Origin: the human T2T-CHM13v2.0 reference genome, Homo sapiens
Assembly: GCF_009914755.1 (NCBI RefSeq)
Contig: NC_060927.1
Length of the DNA stretch: 64,000 bases
Reading direction: 5' to 3' (one strand)
The notes under the pieces were generated by a model, which was not told the origin of the DNA, ran no database searches, and saw nothing but the letters and a program-made list of their open reading frames with translations. The position numbers were made by a program, and so were the translations under genes. Positions 1 through 12,800 of this stretch are shown one piece after another. Positions within the stretch are counted from its first letter, which is position 1, and each line of letters starts with the position of its first letter.

Positions 1-600
1 ACATGAAATATCAAAGTTCACAAACTACATATTATATACTGTACATAAAATATCAAAGTACACAAGGTATATATTCTATACTCTACAAAAAATATCAAAG
101 TACCCAAAGCATGTATTATATACAGTACATAAAATATGAAAGTACATCAAATATATATTTTATTCTGTACATAAAATATCAAAGTACACCAGATATATAT
201 TCTATAGTGTACATAAAATAACAAAGTACACAACACTATAAATTATATACTGTACATAAAATATGAAATTACATCAAATATATATTAGGTACATAAAGTA
301 TGAAAGTACATCAAATATAGATTATATACTGTACATATAATATCAATGTACCCCAAATATATATTTTATACTCTACATGAAATATCAAAGTTCACAAACC
401 ATATATTATATACTGTACATAAAATATCAAAGTACCCAAGGTATATATTCTATACTGTACAAAAAATATCAAAGTACCCAAAGCATGTATTATATACTGT
501 ACATAAAATAGGAAAGTACATCAAATTTATATTTTATTCTGTACATAAAATATCAAAGTACACCAGATATATATTCTATAGTGTACATAAAATATCAAAG
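1..600 (+). repeat. HSat1A variant domain I (tail end): 5-bp-deleted m7, CTCTACATG type
   Basis: ATATATATTAGGT (5-bp deletion) at ~278-290, ACTATAAATT, GTACATATAATATCAATGTACCCC at 331, CTCTACATG at 371. The same variants are typical of 39.5-43.1 kb. Confidence 0.75.
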
Positions 601-689
601 TACCCAAACTATACATTATATACTGTACATAAAAGATGAAATTACATCAAATATATTTTATATTAGGTACATAAAATATGAAAGTACAT

Positions 690-2200
690 CAAATATAGAT
701 TATATACTGTACATAAAATGTAAAAGTACCCCAAATATATATTATATACTGTACATGAAATATCAAAACACACAAACTATATATTATATACTGTAGAAAA
801 AATATCAAAGTATCCAAAGCAAGTATTATATACTGTACATAAAAGATGAAAGTACATGAAATATATATTTTATTCTGTACATAAAATATCAAAGTACACC
901 AGATATATATTTTATAGTGTACATAAAATATCAAGGTACCCAAAGTATACATTATATACTGTACATAAAATATGAAATTACATCAAATATATATTATATT
1001 AGGTACGTAAAATATGAAAGTACATCAAATATAGATTATATACTGTACATAAAATATAAAAGAACCCCAAATATATATTATATACTGTACATGAAATATC
1101 AAAATACAGAAACTATATATTATATACTGTATATAAAATATCAAAGTACCCAAGGTATATATTCTATACTGTACAAAAAATATCAAAGTACCCAAAACAT
1201 GTATTATATACTGTACATAAAATATGAAAGTATATCAAATACATATTTTATTGAGTACATAAAATAACAAAGTACACCAGATATATATTTTATAGTGTAC
1301 ATAAAATATCAAAGTACCCAACTATACATTACATACTGTACATAAAATATGAAATTACATCAAATATATATTATATTAGGAATATAAAATATGAAAGTAC
1401 ATCAAATATAGATTATATACTGTACATAAAAATCAAAGTACCCCAAATATATATTATATAGTGTACATGAAATATTAAAGTTCAGAAACTATATATTATA
1501 TACTGTACATAAAAGATGAAAGTACATAAAATATATATGTTATTCTGTACATAAAGTATCAAAGTTCGCCAGATATATATTTTATAGTGTACATAAAATA
1601 TCAAATACCGAAACTATACATTATATACTGTACATAAAATATGAAATTACATCAAATATATATTATATTAGTTACCTAAAATATGAAAGTACATCAAATA
1701 TAGATTATTAACTGTACATAAAATACCAACGTAACTCAAATATATTTTTTATACTGTACATGGAATATCAAAGTTCACAAACTATATATTATATACTGTA
1801 CGTAAAATATCAAAGAACTCAAGGTATATATTCTATACTGTACAAATAATATCAAAGTACCCAAAGCATGTATTATATACTGTACATAAAATATGAAAGT
1901 ACATCAAATATATATTTTATTCTGTACATAAGATATCAAAGTAAACCAAATATATATTCTATACTGTACATAAAATATCAAAGTACCCAAACTATACATT
2001 ATATACTGTACATAAAATATGAAATTACATCCAATATATATTATATTAGTTACATAAAATATGAAAGTACATCAAATATAGATTATATACTGTACTTAAA
2101 ATACAAACGTACCCCAAATATATATTTTATACTGTACATGAAATATCAAAGTTCACAAACTATATATTATATACTGTACATAATATAACAAAGAACTCCA
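690..2200 (+). repeat. Dispersed duplicated segment, copy 1 (copy 2 at +5497 bp)
   Basis: Identical or near-identical ORFs 917/6414 and 1868/7365. Rare markers GTTCGCCAGA at 1564/7061, AAAATGTAAAAG at ~716/6213, TAATATAACAAAGAACTC at ~2181/7678. Confidence 0.88.
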
Positions 2201-4720
2201 GGTATATATTCTATACCGTACAAAAAATATATAAGCACCCAAAGCATGTATTATATAGTGTACATAAAACATGAAAGTACATCAAATATATATTTTATTC
2301 TGTACATAAGATATCAAAATAAACAAAATATATATTCTCTACTGTACATAAAATATCAAAGTACCCAAACTATATATTATGTACTGTACATAAAATATGA
2401 AATTACATAAATATATATTATACTAGGTACATAAAATATGAAAGTACATCAAATATAGATTATATACTGTACATAAAATATCAAAGTACCCCAAATATAT
2501 ATTATATACTGTACATGAAATATCAAAGTTCACAAACTATATATTATATACTGTACATAAAATATGAATATACCCAAGGTATATATTCTATACTGTACAA
2601 AAAATATCAAAGTACTCAAAGCATGTATTATATACTGTACATAAAATATGAAAGTACATCAAATATATATTTTATTCTGTACATAAATTATCAAAGTACA
2701 CCAAATATATATTCTACAGTGTACATAAAATATCAAAGAACCCAAACTATACATTATATACTGTACATAAAATATGAAATTACATCAAATATATATTATA
2801 TTAGGTACATAAAATATGAAAGTACAACAAATATAGATTATATACTGTACATAAAATATCAAAGTACCCCAAATATATATTATATACTGTACATGAAATA
2901 TCAAAGTTCACAAACTATATATTATATACTGCACCTAAAATATCAAAGTACCCAAAGTATATATTCTATACTGTAGAAAAAAAATCAAAGTACCCAAAGC
3001 ATGTATTATATACTGTTCATAAAATATGAAAGTACATCAAATATATATTTTATTCTGTACATAAAATATCAAAGTACACCAAATATATATTCTAAAGTGT
3101 ACATAAAATATCAAACTACCCAAACTATACATTATATACTGTACATAAAATATGAAATTACATCAAATATATATTATATTAGGAACATAAAATATGAAAG
3201 TACGTCAAATATAGATTATATACTGTACATAAAATACCAACGTAACCAAAATATATATTTTATACTGTACATGAAATATCAAAGTTCACAAACTATATAG
3301 TATATATTGTACATAAAATATGAATATACCCAAGGTATATATCCTATACTGTACAAAAAATATCAAAGTACCCAAAGCATGTATTATATACTGTACATAA
3401 AATATGAAAGTACATCAAATATATATTTTATTCTGTACATAAAATATCAAAGTACACCAAATATATATTCTAAAGTGTACATAAAATATCAAAGTACCCT
3501 CACTATACATTATATACTGTACGTAAAATATGAAATTACATCAAATATATATTATATTAGGTACATAAAATATGAAAGTACATCCAATATAGATTATATA
3601 CTGTCCATAAAATACCAAAGTACCCCAAATATAAATTTTATACTGTACATGAAGTATCAAAGTTCACAAACTATATATTATATACTGCACATAAAATATC
3701 AAAGTTCCCAAGGTATATATTCTATACTGTGCAAAAAATATCAAAGTACCCAAAACATGTATTATATACTGTACATAAAATATGAAAGTACATCAAATAT
3801 ATATTTTATTCTGTACATAAAATATCAAAGTACACCAAATATATATTCTATAGTGTACATAAAATACCAAAGTACCCAAACTATACATTATATACTGTAC
3901 ATAAAATATGAAATTATATCAAATATATATTATATTAGGTACATAAAATATGAAAATACATCAAATATAGATTATATACTGTACATAAAATATCAAAGTA
4001 CCACAAATATATATTATATACTGTACATGAAATATCATAGTTCACAAACTATATATTATATGGTGAACATAAAATAACAAAGTACTCAATGTATATATTC
4101 TATACTGTACAAAAAATATCAAAGTACCCAATGCATGTATTATACACTGTACATAAAATATGAAAGTACTTCAAATATATATTTTATTCTGTACAAAAAA
4201 TATCAAAGTACACCAAACATATATTCTATAGTGTACATAAAATATCAAATTACCCAAACTATACATTATATACTGTACATAAAATATGAAATTACATCAA
4301 GTATATATTATATTAGGTACATAAATTATGAAAGTACATCAAATATAGATTATATACTGTACATAAAATACCAAAGTACCACAAATATATATTTTCTACT
4401 GTACATGAAATATCAAAGTTCACAAACTATATATTATATACTGTACATAAAATATCAAAGATCTCAAGGTATATATTCTATACTGTACAAAAAATATCAA
4501 AGTACCCAAAGCATGTATTATATACTGTACATAAAATATGAAAGTACATCAAATATATATTTTATTCTGTACATAAAATATCAAAGTACACCAAATATAT
4601 ATTCTACAGTGTACATAAAATATGAAAGTACCCAAACTATACATTACATGCTGTACATAAAATATGAAATTATATCAAATATATATTATATTAGGAACAT
4701 AAAATATGAAAGTAAAACAA
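2200..4720 (+). repeat. HSat1A variant domain II: divergent canonical 9-mers, m5 = CACCAAAT...TTCTATAGTG
   Basis: m5 translates PNIYS; recurrent TATGAATATACCC (m2), ATACCAAAG (m9) and AAATTACCC variants. Units are heterogeneous, mostly exact 378 bp. Confidence 0.7.
2515..2892 (+). repeat. Representative canonical 378-bp 9-mer higher-order repeat unit (m1-m9)
   Basis: m1 start ATGAAATATCAAAGTTCAC at 2515 recurs at 2893 (378 bp). Nine distinguishable monomers occur in fixed order. Many ORF starts are spaced 378 bp apart (e.g. 48299, 48677; 49049/49433 region; 60086, 60464, 60842, 61220). Confidence 0.95.
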
Positions 4721-7700
4721 ATATAGATTATTAACTGTACATAAAATATCAAAGAACCCCAAATATATATTATATACTGTACATGAGATATCAAACTTCA
4801 CAAACTATATATTATATAGTGTACATAAAATATCAAAGTACCCAAGGTATATATTCTATACTGTACAAAAAATATCAAAGTACCCAAAGCATGTATTATA
4901 TACTGTACATAAAAGATGAAAGTACATCAAATATATATTTTATTCTGTACATAAAATATCAAAGTACACCAGATATATATTTTATAGTGTACATAAAATA
5001 TCAAAGTACCCAAACTATACATTATATACCGTACATAAAATATGAAATTACATCAAATATATATTATATTAGGTACATAAAATATGAAAGTACATCAAAT
5101 ATAGATTATATACTGTACATAAAATTTAAAAGTACCCCAAATATATATTATATACTGTACATGAAATATCAAAACACACAAACTATATATTATATACTGT
5201 AGAAAAAATATCAAAGTACCCAAAGCAAGTATTATATACTGTACATAAAAGATGAAAGTACATCAAATATATATTTTATTCTGTACATAAAATATCAAAG
5301 TACACCAGATATATATTTTATAGTGTACATAAAATATCAAGGTACCCAAACTATACATTATATACTGTACATATAATATGAAATTACATCAAATATATAT
5401 TATATTAGGTACATAAAATATGAAAGTACATCAAATATAGATTATTAAGTGTACATAAAATATCAAAGAACCCCAAATATATATTATATACTGTACATGA
5501 AATATCAAAGTTCACAAACTATATATTATATACTGTACATAAAATATCAAAGTACCCAAGGTATATATTCTATACTGTACAAAAAATATCAAAGTACCCA
5601 AAGCATGTATTATATACTGTACATAAAATATGAAAGTACATCAAATATATATTTGATTCTGTACATAAAATAACAAAGTACACCAGATATATATTTTATA
5701 GTGCACATAAAATATCAAAGTACCCAAACTGTACATTACATGCTGTACATAAAATATGAAATTACATCAAATATATATTATATTAGGAACATAAAATATG
5801 AAAGTACATCAAATATAGATTATTAACTGTACATAAAATATCAAAGAACCACAAATATATATTATATACTGTACATGAGATATCAAACTTCACAAACTAT
5901 ATATTATATACTGTACATAAAATATCAAAGTACCCAAGGTATATATTCTATACTGTACAAAATATATCAAAGTACCCAAAGCATGTATTATATACTGTAC
6001 ATAAAAGATGAAATACATCAAATATATATTTCATTCTGTACATAAAATATCAAAGTACACCAGATATATATTTTATAGTGTACATAAAATATCAAAGTAC
6101 CCAAACTATACATTATATACTGTACATAAAATATGAAATTACATCAAATATATATTATATTAGGTACGTAAAATATGAAAGTACATCAAATATAGATTAT
6201 ATACTGTACATAAAATGTAAAAGTACCCCAAATATATATTATATACTGTACATGAAATATCAAAACACACAAACTATATATTATATACTGTAGAAAAAAT
6301 ATCAAAGTATCCAAAGCAAGTATTATATACTGTACATAAAAGATGAAAGTACATCAAATATATATTTTATTCTGTACATAAAATATCAAAGTACACCAGA
6401 TATATATTTTATAGTGTACATAAAATATCAAGGTACCCAAAGTATACATTATATACTGTACATAAAATATGAAATTACATCAAATATATATTATATTAGG
6501 TACGTAAAATATGAAAGTACATCAAATATAGATTATATACTGTACATAAAATATAAAAGAACCCCAAATATATATTATATACTGTACATGAAATATCAAA
6601 ATACAGAAACTATATATTATATACTGTACATAAAATATCAAAGTACCCAAGGTATATATTCTATACTGTACAAAAAATATCAAAGTACCCAAAACATGTA
6701 TTATATACTGTACATAAAATATGAAAGTATATCAAATACATATTTTATTGAGTACATAAAATAACAAAGTACACCAGATATATATTTTATAGTGTACATA
6801 AAATATCAAAGTACCCAACTATACATTACATACTGTACATAAAATATGAAATTACATCAAATATATATTATATTAGGAATATAAAATATGAAAGTACATC
6901 AAATATAGATTATATACTGTACATAAAAATCAAAGTACCCCAAATATATATTATATAGTGTACATGAAATATTAAAGTTCAGAAACTATATATTATATAC
7001 TGTACATAAAAGATGAAAGTACATAAAATATATATGTTATTCTGTACATAAAGTATCAAAGTTCGCCAGATATATATTTTATAGTGTACATAAAATATCA
7101 AATACCGAAACTATACATTATATACTGTACATAAAATATGAAATTACATCAAATATATATTATATTAGTTACATAAAATATGAAAGTACATCAAATATAG
7201 ATTATTAACTGTACATAAAATACCAACGTAACTCAAATATATATTTTATACTGTACATGGAATATCAAAGTTCACAATCTATATATTATATACTGTACGT
7301 AAAATATCAAAGAACTCAAGGTATATATTCTATACTGTACAAATAATATCAAAGTACCCAAAGCATGTATTATATACTGTACATAAAATATGAAAGTACA
7401 TCAAATATATATTTTATTCTGTACATAAGATATCAAAGTAAACCAAATATATATTCTATACTGTACATAAAATATCAAAGTACCCAAACTATACATTATA
7501 TACTGTACATAAAATATGAAATTACATCCAATATATATTATATTAGGTACATAAAATATGAAAGTACATCAAATATAGATTATATACTGTACATAAAATA
7601 CAAACGTACCCCAAATATATATTTTATACTGTACATGAAATATCAAAGTTCACAGACTGTATATTATATACTGTACATAATATAACAAAGAACTCAAGGT

Positions 7701-9260
7701 ATATATTCTATACTGTACAAAAAATATCAAAGTACCCAAAGCATGTATTATATACTGTACATAAAATATGAAAGTACATCAAATATATATTTTATTCTGT
7801 ACAAAAGATATCAAAGTATACCAAATATATATTCTATACTGTACATAAAATATCAAAGTACCCAAACTATACATTATATACTGAACATAAAATATGAAAT
7901 TACATAATAATATATTATATTAGGTACATAAAATATGAAAGTACATCAAATATAGATTATATACTGTACATAAAATATCAAAGTACCCCAAATATATATT
8001 ATATACTGTACATGAAATATCAAAGTTCACAAAATATATAGTATATACTGTACATAAAATATCAAAGTACCCAAGGTATATATTCTATACGGTACAAAAA
8101 ATATCAAAGTACCCAAAGCATGTATTATATACTGTACATAAAATATGAAAGTACATCAAATATATATTTTATTCTGTACATAAAATATCAAAGTACACCA
8201 GATATATATTTTATAGTGTACATAAAATATCAAAGTACCCAAACTATACATTATATACTGTACATAAAATATGAAATTACATCAAATATATATTATATTA
8301 GGTACATAAAATACGAAAGTACATCAAATATAGAATATATACTGTACATAAAATATCAAAGTACCCCAAATATATATTATATACTGTACATGAAATATCA
8401 AAGTTTGCAAACTATATATTATATACTGTACATAAAATATCAAAGTACCCAAGGTATATATTCTATACTGTACAAAAAATATCAAAGTATCCAAAGCATG
8501 TATTATACACTGTACATAAAATATGAAAGTACATCAAATATATATATTATTCTGTACATAAAATATCAAAGTACACCAGATATATATTTTATAGTGTACA
8601 TAAAATATCAAAGTACCCAAACTATACATTATATACTGTACATAAAATATGAAAGTACATCAAATATATATTATATTAGTTACCTAAAATATGAAAGTAC
8701 ATCAAATATAGATTATATGCTGTACACAAAATATCAAAGTACCCCAAATATATATTATATACTGTATATGAAATATCAAAGTTCACAAACTATATATTAT
8801 ATACTGTACATAAAATATCAAAGTACCCAAGGTATATATTCTATACTGTACAAAAAATATCAAAGTACCCAAAGCATGTATTATATACTGTACATAAAAT
8901 ATGAAAGTACATCAAATATATATTTTATTCTGTACATAAAATATCAAAGTACACCAGATATATATTTTATAGTGTACATAAAATATCAAAATAACGAAAC
9001 TATACATTATATACTGTACATAAAATATGAAATTACATCAAATATATATTATATTAAGTACCTAAAATATGAAAGTACATCAAATATAGATTATTAACTG
9101 TACATAAAATATCAAAGAACCCCAAATATATATTATATTCTGTACATGAAATATCAAAGTTCACAAACTATATATTATATACTGTACATAAAATATCAAA
9201 GTACCCAAGGTATATATTCTATACTGTACAAAAAATATCAAAGTACCCAAAGCATGTATT
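4720..9260 (+). repeat. HSat1A variant domain III (mixed): m5 = CACCAGAT...TTTTATAGTG, GATTATTAACTG m8 variant, 8-mer and 7-mer units
   Basis: GATTATTAACTG at ~4727, 5818, 7200, 9089; ATGAGATATCAAACTTC at 4783 and 5875. Includes the second copy of the 5497-offset duplication, part of which is domain-II-like. Confidence 0.65.
6187..7697 (+). repeat. Dispersed duplicated segment, copy 2
   Basis: Same rare markers as 690-2200 at a constant offset of 5497 bp. Confidence 0.88.
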
Positions 9261-9849
9261 ATATACTGTACATAAAATATGAAAGTACATCAAATATATA
9301 TTATATTACGTACGAAAAATATGAAAGTACATCAAATATAGATTATATACCATACATAAAATATAAAGGAACCCCAAATATATATGATATACTGTACATG
9401 TAATATCAAAATACACAAACTGTATATTATATACTGTACATAAAATATCAAAGTACCCAAGGTATATATTCTATACTGTACAAAAAATATCAAAGTACCC
9501 AAAGCATGTATTATATACCGTACATAAAATATGAAAGTACATCAAATATATATTTTATTCTGTACATAAAATAACAAAGTACACCAGATATATATTTTAT
9601 AGTGTACATAAAATATCAAAGTACCCAAACTATACATTACATACTGTACATAAAATATGGAATTACATCAAATATATATTATATTAGATACGTAAAATAT
9701 GAAAGTACATCAAATATAGATTATATACCATACATAAAATATAAAGGAACCCCAAATATATATGTTATACTGTACATGAAATATCAAAGTTCACAAACTA
9801 TATATTATATACTATAGATAAAATATCAAAGTACCCAAGGTATATATTC

Positions 9850-12800
9850 TATACTGTAAGAAAAATATCAAAGTACCCAAAGCATGTATTATATACTGTA
9901 CATAAAATATGAAAGTACATCAAATATATATTTTATTCTGTACATAAAATAACAAAGTACACCAGATATATATTTTATAGTGTACATAAAATATGAAATT
10001 ACCCAAACTATACATTACATACTGTACATAAAATATGGAATTACATCAAATATAAATTATATTAGGTACGTGAAATATGAAAGTACATCTAATATAGATT
10101 ATATACCATACATAAAATATAAAGGAACCCCAAATATATATGATATACTGTACATGAAATATCAAAGTTCAGAAACTATATATTATATACTGTAGATAAA
10201 ATATCAAAGTACCCAAGGTATATATTCTATACTGTAAAAAAAATATCAAAGTACCCAAAGCATGTATTATATACTGTACATAAAATATGAAAGCACATCA
10301 AATATATATTATATTAGGTACATAAAATATGAAAGTACATAAAATATAGATGATATACTGTACATAAAATATCAAAGTAGCCCAAATATATATTATACAG
10401 TGTACATGAAATATCAAAATTTACAAAATATATATTATATAATGTACATAAAATATCAAAGTACCCAAAGCAAGTATTATATACTGTACATAAAAGATGA
10501 AAGTACATCAAATATATATTTTATTCTGTACATAAAATATCAAAGTACAACAGATATATATTTTATAGTGTACATTAAATATCAAGGTACCCAAACTATA
10601 CATTATGTACTGTACATAAAATATGAAATTACATCAAATATATATTATATTAGGTACGTAAAATATGAAAGTATATCAAAGATAGATTATATACTGTACA
10701 TAATATATAAAAGAACCCCAAATATATATTATATACTGTACATGAAATATCAAAGTACACAAACTATATATTATATACTGTACATAAAATATCAAAGTAC
10801 CCAAGGTATATATTCTATACTGTACAAAAATATCAAAGTACCCAAAGCATGTATTATATACTGTACATAAAATATGAAAGTACATCAAATATATATTTTA
10901 TACTCTACATAAAATAACAAAGTACACCAGATATATATTTTATAGTGTACATAAAATATGAAATTACCCAAACTATACATTACATACTGTACAAAAAATA
11001 TGGAATTACATCAAATATATATTATATTAGGTACGTAAAATATGAAAGTACATCAAATATAGATTATATACATACATAAAATATAAAGGAACCCCAAATA
11101 TATATGATATACTGTACATGAAATATCAAAGTTCACAAACTGTATATTATATACTGTAGATAAAATATCAAAGTACCCAAGGTATATATTCTATACTGTA
11201 CAAAAAATATCAAAGAACCCAAAGCATGTATTATATACTGTACATAAAATATGAAAGTACATCAAATATATATTTTATTCTGTACACAAAATAACAAAGT
11301 ACACCAGATATATATTTTATAGTGTACATAAAATATGAAATTACCAAAACTATACATTACATACTGTACATAAAATATGGAATTACATCAAATATATATT
11401 ATATTAGGTACGTAAAATATGAAAGTACATCAAATATAGATTATATACATACATAAAATATAAAGGAACCCCAAATATATATGATATACTGAACATGAAA
11501 TATCAAAGTTCACAAACTGTATATTATATACTGTAGATAAAATATCAAAGTACCCAAGGTATATATTCTATACTGTACAAAAAATATCAAAGTACCCAAA
11601 GCATGTATTATATACTGTACATAAAATATGAAAGTACATCAAATATATATTTTATTCTGTACATAAAATAACAAAGTACACCAGATATATATTTTATAGT
11701 GTACATAAAATATGAAATTACCCAAACTATACATTAAATACTGTACATAAAATATGGAATTACATCAAATATATATTATATTAGGTACGTAAAATATGAA
11801 AGTACATCAAATATAGATTATATACCATACATAAAATATAAAGGAACCCCAAATATATATGATATACTGTACATGAAATATCAAAGTTCACAACCTATAT
11901 ATTATATACTGTAGATAAAATATCAAAGTACCCAAGGTATATATTCTATACGGTAAAAAAAATATCAAAGTACCCAAAGCATGTATTATATACTGTACAT
12001 AAAATATGAAAGCACATCAAATATATATTATATTAGGTACATAAAATATGAAAGTACATAAAATATAGATGATATACTGTACATAAAATATCAAAGTAGC
12101 CCAAATATATACTATACAGTGTACATGAAATATCAAAATTTACAAAATATATATTATATAATGTACATAAAATATCAAAGTACCCAAAGCAAGTATTATA
12201 TACTGTACATTAAAGATGAAAGTACATCAAATATATATTTTATTCTGTACATAAAATATCAAACTACACCAGATATATATTTTATAGTGTACATAAAATA
12301 TCAAGGAACCCAAACTATACATTATATACTGTACATAAAATATGGAATTACATCAAATATATATTATATTAGGTACATAAAATATGAAAGTACATCAAAT
12401 ATAGATTATATACCATACATAAAATATAAAGGAACCCCAAATATATATGATATACTGTACATGAAATATCAAAGTTCACAAACTATATATTATATACTGT
12501 AGATAAAATATCAAAGTACTCAAGGTATATATTCTATACTGTAAGAAAAATATCAAAGTACCCAAAGCATGTATTATATACTGTACATAAAATATGAAAG
12601 TACATCAAATATATATTTTATTCTGTACATAAAATAACAAAGTACACCAGATATATATTTTATAGTGTACATAAAATATGAAATTACCCAAACTATACAT
12701 TACATACTGTACATAAAATATGGAATTACATCAAATATAAATTATATTAGGTACGTGAAATATGAAAGTACATCTAATATAGATTATATACCATACATAA

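Noticed and set aside
8120-9097. Long plus-strand ORFs (325 aa here; also 3307-4077, 37868-38737, 39903-40613) encoding Y/I/K-rich 14-aa repeats
   Set aside because: The monomer length of 42 is divisible by 3 and one frame lacks stops in the consensus. Stops and frameshifts are scattered among copies and even fixed in domain IV. No promoter, splice or domain evidence; not called as CDS.
10314-10511. Recurrent minus-strand 65-aa Cys-rich ORF (MMYFHLLCTVYNTCFGYFDILC...)
   Set aside because: It is simply the reverse translation of the 5-mer cassette. Its conservation reflects recent DNA amplification, not demonstrated protein constraint.
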